64,000 nucleotides of DNA from positions 79,756,063 through 79,820,062 of the forward strand of contig NC_068987.1 in NCBI RefSeq assembly GCF_001194135.2. Direction: 5' to 3'. Both the position numbers and the translations under genes were made by a program. The stretch comes from Octopus bimaculoides. Its lineage: Eukaryota. Positions within the stretch are counted from its first letter, which is position 1. The number at the start of each line of letters is the position of its first letter. This document shows positions 39,436 through 52,184 of this stretch, piece by piece. Under the pieces are notes generated by a model that saw nothing but the letters and a program-made list of their open reading frames with translations, was not told where the DNA came from and did not search any database.

Positions 39436-40948
39436 CATATTCTCTTTCACAATCCTTGTGTCACAAGCATGCACACACGTATACATAAATACATGCGCAC
39501 AAGTAGGTTTATATCTATATTTACAAACATGCACACAAACATAAATTGATAGATTTATATTTTGCGCGCACATATATACTTTTTATGCGTTTATGAGGTG
39601 ATGGTGGGGGTACGCACGCGCATGCGCGCGTGTGTGTGTATGTGTGTGTTTGGCGGGGAGGTTGCGCATGTGTGTAAACATATCCTGCAGAAATTTTATT
39701 TCGCCAAACTATATGATGGCATTTTGAACATATGAATTATTAGCGATGGCTTCCGGTCATACTTACCTCGGAATATGCGAAGTAGGATTTTTTTTCTAAA
39801 TGCAAACTGCTTATGGTTAACCTTTTAATAATGCTTTCTTATATAAAGCATTTTTAAGCTCACTACATTGCTTCTGTGCCCAATTTTACTGATATAGGCG
39901 CAAACCCTCGAAATAGCAATGATTTAGCATAGTGAGAGAATGTAATCTTTTGCTGCTCTGGGCAATTTCATCAAACTGAAATTCATTGCTCTCACTGTGC
40001 AAACCTATCGTTTTTTATTAGAAGTTCCATACAGAGACGAATGATCAAACATGCCTTAGTGACTGCTAATATTTGTATCATTTTTATTAATATTATTATT
40101 TTTTTCCATAATTAGTTTTTGGAATGTATTCAATCAGGCTAAGGGCGAAAATGTTTAGTTTAAAAAAAAAAAATTTATTGATTCAGCCAAACCTTGAAGT
40201 GTTTTGTTGCATGGTTCTAATTTCTTCGAGCAGAGCAACTTTATTGTAAAAACAACATAAAGGCGGCGTGAATGTCGGTACTGAATTTATTCACAGATTC
40301 CGAAGCCGTGTCCCTTACGGCTATGGACTCGTCTATTTCTAGCCTCTGCCAAATATAATTAAAAATGTTATATCGTTTAAAATATTTTGAAGAACTAGAA
40401 TATTGTTTTTCTAAAATTATATAACCTTTTACTTTTTAATACAAGCTATTTCTATCCAATGATTTTCTGTATTTTTCTTCATTTGTAATTAATTTTTTCG
40501 GTTTTTATTACTTTATTACAATGACCTTTTTACTGTAATATAGTTTTGTTGATCTCATGTCATCCTATATTTATATCTCATATGATTTCCTCACCTTCCT
40601 TCTACCTCAATAATTCCTATTGACCAAGTAGACCGTCAAAATCATCTTCCACACCACGGTTCTTTAGTTGTTTTTCGCTTACAGTGTGCATACACGCGCG
40701 TACACGCGCACACACATACACACACATACACACACATACACAGACACATGCATACACATACATACACACGCACGCACGCACACACACACACACAAGATTT
40801 TCAACTTGTTTTCAGACAGAGGCGTGTGATGAAGAAACCCGGCCTGCAACCACAAGATTCTGGGCAAAGTCCCTTCACACGGCACCCCAGGCAAATCTCC
40901 ACCACTACCCACACATATACGTATATACATTTATATATGTTTGCATCA

Positions 40949-41105
40949 GGCGTGTCTGTTGAGTAAAAAGTTTTCTTCCCAACCACATGGTTCCAGGTTC
41001 AGTCCCACTTCGTGAAACCTTGGTCAAGTGTTATCTACTATATCCCTAGGCCTACCAAAGCCTTATGAATGGATTTGGTAGGCCGAATCTGAATGAAGCC
41101 CGTAT
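40949..41105 (+). mobile_element. SINE family B, 5' half (a more decayed head lies at ~40825-40895)
   Basis: cccaaccacatggttccaggttcagtcccact...accttggtcaagtg...ggatttggtagg...gaagcccgt. Confidence 0.8.
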
Positions 41106-41137
41106 ATAAACAATATATGACGATATGCATATATATG

Positions 41138-41194
<57 letters not shown>

Positions 41195-43344
41195 ATAGAA
41201 AGGACAACAAAAGAAACAAAGAGACCTCGATATTATGTAAATAGAGGAATTTATTTGTAAAAATATGTGACACTTATTCGGTAGTTTTTGTTTTGTTTAT
41301 TGTTTCTCATTCCAAAGACATAGCATTGTCTGTATTTTGGTTGTAATGTTTGTAGCGATTCTAAATGAGCAATAAATAATTTGGGGTCAACCTGCTTACA
41401 ATAATTATTGAGTCTTAGGGGAATATTCCTTCAAAATAGTGGAAAAGAAACGTTCGCTGCATCAATCTAGAAGAGGTTATTGCAATCAGCACGATCGTAA
41501 GCAACAACATTAAAGAAGATTAATAGCAACAAAGCTATAACAATATGCAAATATTTTGAAAATCCTAGCATTAAAGCTGTAAGCGCCATATATTCTCTTA
41601 AATTAAATTGCTCTTATCAATTCATGTTATCTCCCTAATAATATGTCAGAAATCAAAGAAATACAAATGGAAAATAAACAGAAGTCCCTAGGAATGTTTC
41701 CCCTGTTATTGTTACTAAAAATATTGCTTTGAAGTTGGTTGCGGAAGAATCATAAGTAAAGAAATATAGAAGTGAGGACGAAAATTAGAAAAAGTAGACG
41801 AGGTGAATGACCAGCGCCTTCAAATGATTTAACTCATATATTTCGCGTAAATAACTAGAAGGTGTAATGATTTTCAGTCTATTAATGTTGCGAATATTTA
41901 AACCTTATAAATATGTACTGTTTAGAATTATTTGTAAACCTTAAAATGATTTATGTAGAAGTTATATTTTCTCTGACAATAATTCATATCAAGGCTTTTA
42001 ATTTGTTATTTGATGATTTAAATTGCCAAGTTTCTTGACATCATTATCCTTCTCTTTTTTTTGCGTTTGAATTCTAAGTTTTTAAAAAAATAAAGTGTAA
42101 GATAAGGCGAAGGCTTTTGTTTCAACTTTGAAAGCAAGTATAATTTTGTAGAAGCTTGTAAAGTAGAGATATTTCTTGTGATAAAAAGGTAAAACCTAAT
42201 TTTCTGAAGGCTTTCTGATATTATTGTATTGCGAAACTAAATTACTATGAATAATCAATCCATTTGTTTGTTTGTTTTGTATTCTTTCTTACTTTTAACG
42301 CCTTTGATGAAAAATAAACACAGCCAGAATAAAAAGCATCTAAAACTAAAAGCTATCAAATCAATCAATACAGGAAATTCCTTGAGATTACTTGACATCC
42401 AAGTATGAGCCATTAACCACGCTCTCAAGAAAGGTCTTCAGATTTCTTTGAAAAAACGTTTCATAGACCGTCTATTGTTTATTTGCTTGCGGCAGTTCTT
42501 AGTCAGAATATTTGTAAATTGCATTGTTTTGCCTGATAGAAAAAAAATAACAACAAAACATAAAAACATTATCTTTCGACCAACTTCCTTTCTTGCACTA
42601 TCACGTGTCAGTTCTATGTTGATACGGTAATCGAAGCAACATTCTACTTCCTTTGTAGGAATTAATCAGTTCTGATTAGACTGGGGTGTGCAGAGAAGTG
42701 TTTATGCAAGGATTATAGATAGGGTTGTCACAACACTCTGACAATTCAGGATTAATAGACATTGTGCTAAAATACAAAACACTTGCTTAAATTATATTTT
42801 AATAAAATTCTAAGTATAGAACAATGTGGAAAGCAAAGATAGCTATCTTTCTGGCTTATAGAGACGCTATTAAGCAAAGTATATGTAGAAAAGTAACAAC
42901 TATTTCATCGTTTTCTTTCATTGTCTTTAACAAACAATAAGAATAGAGAGCGGCTAATACAAGAAACCATGTTTTAAATCTATATACGCCATTTTGTTTC
43001 CATATACAGTTATGCTTATATATATACTTTTGTTCTAAATGATGATTTTTGAAATATTTTCCTTTGTGTGCATTAAAGTAACAGTGAATATTATCTATAG
43101 ACGTCTTTTGTTTGCGGAGAGAAAGAAAGAAATCAAACATTTATTGCTAAGACAGTCATATCTATGCATGCGCGCGTGCATGCGTGCGCGTGTAAATTTG
43201 GAGGAATGAGAATATCCAAAAATATGGCCACCTTCAATAAATTTAAACTAAGAAATTATATAATTGGTTTGTTGCTCATATTTCTTGAGATTAATTGTTG
43301 TCTTCATACGTGAAAACAATGTTCATTTCTTCTCCTACGAATAT

Positions 43345-43557
43345 GAATTGGTTTCAAATTTCGGCTCAAGGCCAGTAATTTTGAGGAGGGAGTAAGTCGA
43401 TTACATCGACCCTCGTACTTAACTGGTGCATATTTTATAGATGCCGAAAGGATTAAAGACAAAGTCGACCGCAATGCCGTTTGAACTTAAAAAAGTCGTA
43501 AGATATACCACTAAGCATTTTTTCCGACGTGGTAGCGATTCTCCCAGTTCGTTGCCT
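43345..43557 (-). mobile_element. SINE family A
   Basis: aagtcgattacatcgaccc...aaagacaaagtcgacc...ctaagcattttt. Confidence 0.8.
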
Positions 43558-43989
43558 GGCTATGAGTTTATATTAACGCGTTTGTAAGACGTTTGTAAGA
43601 TATTATGCAATGAATCTATACACATTGCAAAGTAACAGAGTGTCGTAAGCGACACCCCGGACATTTTCGAGGTTAGTATATCATTTTCTTTGTCTCGACG
43701 TCTAGAATCCGAAAAAGTTGGCAGAAAGAACCGGTGAGGCTAGAAATAAGGTCGAAAATCCGAATAAAAAAGTTGTACATCGTGGCTATTGACACAACGC
43801 TTGCTCACCCAAACTCGGACCAGAGAGTTTAGCAATACACCATCGGAAGCACACACGCTCAATCAATAATTTTGGTGTGGTCCCTGTATCGTTTTCCAAG
43901 GTGTTTTGGCTCATTTTCTAATATTCCTCGTTACCAGCTGAACGATAATGGGCTATTATCTTACTATCTTGTCTTACGTACCTCTTAAA

Positions 43990-44685
43990 GAATGTTGAGC
44001 AGAGAATCTGCAACACATTTTGCCAAAAGCTCGGCCATGCCTCCTCAGAGACCTACGCAAAGTTTTCAAAAAGTTTTCATCGTTCTCGACACAATCAAGG
44101 AGATCTTGTGCAACTAAAACCCGAGTGACTTTTTCCTCAGCTGAAAGCTGTTTTGGCACAAACTTGGCAGATACGCGTCTCATACCCAAATCTTCAGTGA
44201 TAATGGATTGAACTGAACCGTAACTAACCTGTACATCCTCTGATAACTCACGGATGGTGATTCGAGGATTTCCCCTCACAGCTGCACGCACATCTGCAAT
44301 GTTTTTTGTCAGTTCTGCTGATTGCGGATCACCCAGAGCGTTCATGAATATCGACATTTTTTCGGCTATGTTGGAAAGGTCTGAACCACTCGTACACTTG
44401 TCTGGTTCTCATACACTCCTCTCCATACACTTTATGCAACTTTGCGCAGGCTTCTGAGCAGGTATCACCATGACAACTTTCTCTGTTATGGTCAATACGA
44501 CGATTACACGCTACACACCTTCCTTCCAAGCATTGCTGTAAACAACGGAAGTAAGATAGAACGTTAAAACGTAGTGCGCATGCACAGCAGAGTTCGTGGT
44601 CAATCTGTGCTAAACAACTTCATCCTGTGTGCTTTAACTTTATTACTAGAGCAACAGTTCGGATATTTGTTGATCAGACCTCGTA
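43990..44685 (-). mobile_element. Mariner-family non-autonomous fold-back derivative
   Basis: TA-CGAGGTCTGATCAACAAATATCCG TIR at the right end; minus strand ...VYEWF...ERSG...RITIRELSEDV...LGMRRVSAKFVPK...ENDENFLK; plus strand EQRIC..FCQKLG..SETYAK at 43997-44065. Confidence 0.85.
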
Positions 44686-44767
44686 TAACTTAAAGTCAAT
44701 ATATTAATTGCATTATGGGGCCAATGAAAACTATCAAGATAACCAGTTATTCCAGAATTATACATTA

Positions 44768-45200
44768 CTAGAAGGACCCGTGAATATTTCACGGAATTAA
44801 TGGTAAACTTATTGAGTTACTTCTGAAAACTTCATCCAAAAAGACATGAACGCGTAGCCTGTGTTGCGTCCGTTTGGAAAGATAGTCGCTCATCTACTAC
44901 TCATTGAAAACTGAAAGAAATTGGAATGCGATGATTACTTAACGCACTTTATATATTCACTTTACATACTTTAAGCACAATTTTATAGACTTAATACACA
45001 GCACTCATAAAATGAACATTCACTCTTATTTATAAAAATGAAATATCCCGTACATATGATACAATCTTTAGTTAAATCGCATATATCTTCCACATAAATA
45101 AGCGTGAACATTTCACGAAATTGCATTTACGCGCATGCGTTAAGTGAAAGCTGTTATAAAAAACTTAGTTTAATTCAAAAGTAAACTTTTCACTATCCAG
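44768..45200 (-). mobile_element. Putative non-autonomous Helitron 3' end (hairpin + CTAG); 5' boundary uncertain
   Basis: Minus strand CCGTGAA-ATA-TTCACGG hairpin, 6 nt spacer, CTAG followed by T. Confidence 0.45.
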
Positions 45201-46861
45201 TCACCACCACCAGTTTTATCTCCATCACCACCACCACCACCACCACCATCATCATCATCATCTTTCTCCCCCACCACCACTCTGCCTTTCTTAAAGCTTG
45301 CCATCAGGACATCACTCTTCTGCTAAAATTATTACGTATCCGTTATCTCACGTCATGGATGCTTCTCTCTCTCTTTTTCTCTATCCGTTTTCTCTCTCTC
45401 TCTTTCTTTGTCCCTCTTTCTGTCTCCCTCTTCGCCTTATCCTCTTTTTCTCTCTCCTTTTTCTTTCCTCTCTCTTTCCCTTCAACTAATCACGTGAAAG
45501 CGTTACAGTTACATTCCCTCTACCTCACGTCATGGACGCTTCTCTCTCCGTAGTATTTTTTCCTTTCTATTTTCTACTCTCCCTCTTTTCCTCTAATCAC
45601 GTAGAAGCGTTACCGACGGGCTAAGTAACGTAATGAATTATTTTCAGATTCTGTGTGGTACGATTGTACAGCCAGCTATACTGAACCAGCGAAGGCTGCA
45701 TTTTAATGCGTGGTTGAGGTTGCAACTATGAGACAGTACAAGGTTGAGTGGTGGAAACAAATTTTATATCAACGAATAGTCTGTCGCCTCGGTATACTTC
45801 CATCTTCATTTAACACGTATTTCATTAAATATCATATTTTTTTTGTGGCAAAGTACATTTTCCCACGCGCAAAAATCGATTGAATCACTTCCAGGATATT
45901 AATTAATGGGGTTTTGTTTTGCTTTGTTGGTCATTTTGTTTTTCGGCGAATTTCGAAGTTCAACATATCTTTGTTACATTAAGTAGACAAAATATTTCAT
46001 CGACAATTGATTTAGTAGACATGACAATCGATTAACAATTGATTGACAAGATAATTGATTGAACATTTACGCGCCAAATTGATTGAATTCACTCCAAGGT
46101 ATTAATTAATTTATTTACGAGTCTCAGAGGTTTAGTTATTTTTTCACTGCGTCAAACAGATAAGAAAACTTTCACCAAGGTTAGGCGTTAGTATATTGCA
46201 GCTAACTGTTCTGCAGAAATGTTATCATTCTATCTACGTAATGTCACGTGCATTGCATTAAACATAGTGTCCATTATATCACTTTATGAAGCACAAAGAC
46301 GCCAAAGTAATTAATGTTTGTAGAGTAACAAACAATTACCGTTTGGTCGTTACTATACTTTTAACGCTGATGAAGCAAATCTAAAATGAAATGCATGTAG
46401 GTCGAAATTTATGATTCTTTCTTTAACGTATGATATAACCAAGCAAGCATCATTCTACATGCGAATATCTCTTAGCTTTTTTAATGGATGGTGGGAATAA
46501 CTTGAAAGAGACTAGCTGTTATTTCTAAAGAGTAGTAACTACTTGGAGCTCCGCCTTTTGGTTCGCGATATGATTTGCTTTTCCTTTCATTTCCCAATAA
46601 ATAAACTTAACATTTTGCCAACCACGGAAGTCCATTGGTAGGCCTCTGTCCTATATTCTTGTCTATGGGAGTCACCACTGACTCCCAAAGCTGACGATTA
46701 TATTACAGAGCTTCAAATTACTGTGGTTCAAATTAAATTATTCAAACTTTAGAAAATGTACAGAATTCAGCTATCAGAAAGTTGCAAATCATTGTAATTT
46801 CCGAAATGGGGGGGGGTGCTCTCTATAATTGTGTAAAAGAACACATTAAGGCTTGCTCACT

Positions 46862-47183
46862 TTTACTCTTTTAATTGTTTCAGTTATTTTACGGTGGCCA
46901 TACTGGAGCACCGCCTTTAGTCGAACGAATCGATCCCAAGATTTATTCTCTGTAAGTACTCATACTATCGGTCTCTTTTGTCGAAACGCTAAGTTACGGG
47001 GATGTAAACACACCAGCATAGGTTGTTAAGCGATAGTAGCGAGACAATTACAGACACACAAATATATGCATACACACACACATACACACACACACACACA
47101 CACACANNNNNNNNNNNNNNNNNNNNNNNNNNNNNNNNNNNNNNNNNNNNNNNNNNNNNNNNNNNNNNNNNNNNNNNNNNNNN

Positions 47184-47233
<50 letters not shown>

Positions 47234-47395
47234 GACGGGCTTCATTCAGTTTCCGTTCACCAGATCCACTCACAAGGCTTTGGTCGGCCTGAGGTTACAG
47301 TGGAAGATACTTGCCCAAAGTGCGATGCAGTGGGACTGAACCCGGAACCGTGTAGCTGGGAAGCAAGCTTCTTACCACACAGCTACGCCTGCAGC
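46862..47395 (-). mobile_element. Full-length SINE family B with central microsatellite and gap
   Basis: 3' half (tggagcaccgcctttagtcgaac), (CA)n/(TA)n with gap 47107-47183, 5' half (ggactgaacccggaacc...cttaccacacagc). Confidence 0.85.
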
Positions 47396-48856
47396 TATAT
47401 ATATCATGTATACAAAACTAATCTTGAACAAATGGTTTAATGGACATGCTAACACTTTGCCTACCATGGGTATCCCCGATCAGTCCTGCGGTACAGAATG
47501 GATATATTATCCGTTCTGTAGTGCGGAGGTCACCGGTGATATCCACGTTATGAAACAGATATAGTTAAAAAAAAATTAAACACACTTTATATATATATAT
47601 ATTTGGTTTGGTTGTCAAAGTGTTAAAGAAACAATTTGTTAAATATCGAAATGAAGATAGTGATATGATAGCCAGTTTGGTATCTACGTAGTCTGATAAT
47701 GCTAAATCACATATCTAAACCATTCTCATTAGTTCTTTTGCTTCCTTGATTATTTACCACCACTGAATATTCTATATCCGGTTTTTATAGCTCTGAATTG
47801 CCAATTCCATAGTCACATATAATTGGAAGTTGTCAGTTGGATACAATGTTAACATTCTCTATTTGAAAAATAAAAGACACGCTGTTTTTGCCATTAGAGA
47901 GGTCAAGAAATGGCTGGCAATCACTATTTTTCTTTGCCTAAATTGGACGTTGCGTGCGATTTCGGTAACGAACTAAATGCAATTTTTCACACGAAAACAG
48001 AAAGCTTTGATCGACGACATTTCCCCTTGAAACAAGAAAAAAAAAAACAAAAGAAAAGAAAAGAAAATATATTGATTTGCGTTTTTCTAGCTGATGCATT
48101 CATCATTCATATTAATTTTTTTTAAAAACATACTCTCTACTACCGTTCAGATGGTTACGCTATGTCTTTTTTCATTCGATATCAGATGTATCATTACGAG
48201 AAGTCTGACATGCGCGTGCGCTTGTGTATATATANNNNNNNNNNNNNNNNNNNNNNNNNNNNNNNNNNNNNNNNNNNNNNNNNNNNNNNNNNNNNNNNNN
48301 NNNNNNNNNNNNNNNNNNNNNNNNNNNNNNNNNNNNNNNNNNNNNNNNNNNNNNNNNNNNNNNNNNNNNNNNNNNNNNNNNNNNNNNNNNNNNNNNNNNN
48401 NNNNNNNNNNNNNNNNNNNNNNNNNNNNNNNNNNNNNNNNNNNNNNNNNNNNNNNNNNNNNNNNNNNNNNNNNNNNNNNNNNNNNNNNNNNNNNNNNNNN
48501 NNNNNNNNNNNNNNNNNNNNNNNNNNNNNNNNNNNNNNNNNNNNNNNNNNNNNNNNNNNNNNNNNNNNNNNNNNNNNNNNNNNNNNNNNNNNNNNNNNNN
48601 NNNNNNNNNNNNNNNNNNNNNNNNNNNNNNNNNNNNNNNNNNNNNNNNNNNNNNNNNNNNNNNNNNNNNNNNNNNNNNNNNNNNNNNNNNNNNNNNNNNN
48701 NNNNNNNNNNNNNNNNNNNNNNNNNNNNNNNNNNNNNNNNNNNNNNNNNNNNNNNNNNNNNNNNNNNNNNNNNNNNNNNNNNNNNNNNNNNNNNNNNNNN
48801 NNNNNNNNNNNNNNNNNNNNNNNNNNNNNNNNNNNNNNNNNNNNNNNNNNNNNNNN

Positions 48857-48895
<39 letters not shown>

Positions 48896-48919
48896 ATATA
48901 TATAAGCAATATATATATA

Positions 48920-49406
48920 AGCGAGATATAAGCAATAGCAATACGGAATCGTAACATATAATTGCCAACCAAGTGTGGCGTCCTATACAGGACAGTGCTA
49001 CTGATGTTTATAGCCCCAGGAAAACATCTCTTCCAGCTGGCTAACGGCACACATTCTGTTTCCGATTAGTATTTGCGAGGGGAGGTCATCGCACTCGTCT
49101 CTAGCCTTACGTGATACACATGGACTCGAGTTTCTGGGTGATTACCCGTCCCCAGCGTGTGTTAATCACAAGCTAAGGTTGAAAACTCACCCCACTCGCA
49201 AATACTATATGTTTTCTTCCAGCAACGAGCCGTCGCTGATCTCGAAAATGGAGAAATAAGCTATCTCTGAGCGAGATATGAACAGTAGCAATAAAAAATC
49301 GTAACATATAATTGCCGACCATGTGTGGTGCCCTATATAGAACAGTGCTATTGACGTTTATAACTCCAGGAAGACATCTCTTCCAGCTGGCTAACGACAC
49401 ACATTT
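48920..49406 (+). repeat. Diverged direct repeat: 137-bp copies at 48920-49056 and 49270-49406
   Basis: Colinear without indels; 19 mismatches in 137 by manual count (~86%). Confidence 0.9.
49069..49205. mobile_element. 137-bp MITE with TA target duplication
   Basis: TIR gtatttgcgag / ctcgcaaatac, flanked by TA at 49067-49068 and 49206-49207. Confidence 0.7.
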
Positions 49407-49444
49407 TTCGAGATACACACAGAAGAGAGAGATACTTGTATACA

Positions 49445-49531
<87 letters not shown>

Positions 49532-50540
49532 GGTATGCATGTGTATATGGACGTATAGTGGACTACAGTGAGCAGAAGAAACAGTAAATGTAAAGAGTGA
49601 AATAAAACAAACTGGTTGTAATCTTCCTACAGCTAGCCAATGAGACGTTGTAATAAACCAAACTAAATCTGTGTATGAATCCTATCGCAAACCTAAAGAA
49701 AAGAAACTTGGAGGTTTATCTGACTAAAATGATAATGGTTCAGCAAATGAGTTCGATTGAGTAAGTACCAGACATGAAATAAGTTCAGCGGGTGATTTTT
49801 TCTACAAAATCTTTCAAAGTGGATCCCTATCATGGCCTCGGTCAGATGACTCAAATAAGTTTAAAATATAAGTTATATATATATATATATATATATNNNN
49901 NNNNNNNNNNNNNNNNNNNNNNNNNNNNNNNNNNNNNNNNNNNNNNNNNNNNNNNNNNNNNNNNNNNNNNNNNNNNNNNNNNNNNNNNNNNNNNNNNNNN
50001 NNNNNNNNNNNNNNNNNNNNNNNNNNNNNNNNNNNNNNNNNNNNNNNNNNNNNNNNNNNNNNNNNNNNNNNNNNNNNNNNNNNNNNNNNNNNNNNNNNNN
50101 NNNNNNNNNNNNNNNNNNNNNNNNNNNNNNNNNNNNNNNNNNNNNNNNNNNNNNNNNNNNNNNNNNNNNNNNNNNNNNNNNNNNNNNNNNNNNNNNNNNN
50201 NNNNNNNNNNNNNNNNNNNNNNNNNNNNNNNNNNNNNNNNNNNNNNNNNNNNNNNNNNNNNNNNNNNNNNNNNNNNNNNNNNNNNNNNNNNNNNNNNNNN
50301 NNNNNNNNNNNNNNNNNNNNNNNNNNNNNNNNNNNNNNNNNNNNNNNNNNNNNNNNNNNNNNNNNNNNNNNNNNNNNNNNNNNNNNNNNNNNNNNNNNNN
50401 NNNNNNNNNNNNNNNNNNNNNNNNNNNNNNNNNNNNNNNNNNNNNNNNNNNNNNNNNNNNNNNNNNNNNNNNNNNNNNNNNNNNNNNNNNNNNNNNNNNN
50501 NNNNNNNNNNNNNNNNNNNNNNNNNNNNNNNNNNNNNNNN

Positions 50541-50712
50541 CTGTGTTCGTCCCCCAACATCGCTTGACAACCGATGCTCGTGTGTTTACGTCCCCGATAG
50601 AATAAGTACTAGGCTTACAAAGAATAAGTACTGGGGTCGATTTGCTCGACTAAAGGCGGTGCTCCAGCACGGCTGCAGTCAAATGACTGAAACAAGTAAA
50701 AGAGTAAAAGAG
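50541..50712 (+). mobile_element. SINE family B, 3' half
   Basis: ccccaacatcgcttgacaaccgatg...ggcggtgctccagcacggctgcagtcaaatgactgaaacaagtaaaagagtaaaagag. Confidence 0.9.
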
Positions 50713-50726
50713 AGTATGTGTATACA

Positions 50727-50757
<31 letters not shown>

Positions 50758-51323
50758 GTATGTATGTATGAAAAGCGAGAACCAAAAAAAAAAAAGCAAA
50801 TGCAATAAGATAGAATACGTTAGCGAAGCATTGTAAAATGTTAGTGTTTGAGAGAGAAACAGAGGGAAAGACAGAGAAGGTGATAGAAAAAAAATTATAG
50901 GAATACAGATACCAATGCATTTACATATTTTGCATTGAGTACGCATGTGTGTCAAGAAATTTTCTCTTCTATTTTCTTCTAGTTCTTTTTTTTCAATTTC
51001 TGCATGTCTTCCATCAATAAAACAATTTTTATTATTTTACATTTACTTCTTCGTTCTATTGTTTTTCTCTTGCGTTGATTTTCTTTTCTCCTTTATTGAT
51101 ATCTGCTAGATAAGACCTTTACATGCTTTCTTTTGTATGTTTGAACTTCTGGCTTGTTTAGATTACTACTAAAGTTTACTATAATGTCGTATATGTATTT
51201 TAATGGAGTAATAATATCTCCTTTATTATATACTGTTGCTTTTAATGATATCTGAAAAAAAAAATGATTTCAAAATACATACAAACGTACATACATACAT
51301 ACATACATACATACATACATACA

Positions 51324-51376
<53 letters not shown>

Positions 51377-51552
51377 AAAACTTTCAAGTAGCATTAAGTA
51401 GAACTCAGAAAGTTCAAATGTGTTTCTGCGTATGTGTATGTGTGTGGGGGGTTCATATGTACAAGTATATCTACAATAACCTGAGTTTAACATTTTCACT
51501 GAGATATATAGCATTTATGTTTTCTGTGATTGTGTGTCTGCGCTTGTAAATG

Positions 51553-51610
<58 letters not shown>

Positions 51611-52184
51611 AAAAATGTGTGTAAGTTTTTATATGAGGGTTAAGCATATAGTCAATTTACGGATACATATAACATGTAATAATGTTCATCTGTGAAAGTA
51701 GTAATTTTTAGTTGAACTTAGTATAAAAGGAACTGTCAACATATTTCCCGTGGATTTGATCTTTATAATTTTTCAGTTGTTTTAAATGTATTTTTCCGAA
51801 TTCGTTGAGGTACATTCGCAATTTTGCCTCTTTTCTTTTTCTTATACAATATTTTAGTGTATATTTTGTAATGTTATGTAGTGAAACTTATTTTGTGCAA
51901 TTCAGTGCGCCGTAACATAATCTTACAGTGGAAAGGAATTGTGAAAAATGTAGGGTGGTTTACCAATCGTATAGTGTAGCTTAATGCATTTTGTTTCATA
52001 CAGTGTGTACCAGAAAACTACCACAAAAAATTTGTTGGTTCATGTCCTTTTGGCAGTCTTTATGAGGTGTCCGTGGGCAATAATTACTCTTCCTCCATGC
52101 TACTCTCGTTACAAAGAGCAGTCAAATAAAGTTTACGTACTCTGGATGTTTGAACCCATTTATTTTAATATAATGTAATGAAGC

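Noticed and set aside
38093-39800. Strong minus-strand donor sites (GTAAGT at ~38092 and ~39766)
   Set aside because: The upstream segments contain stops or give only 26-29-nt exons with no recognisable product. Such sites are expected by chance in 64 kb.
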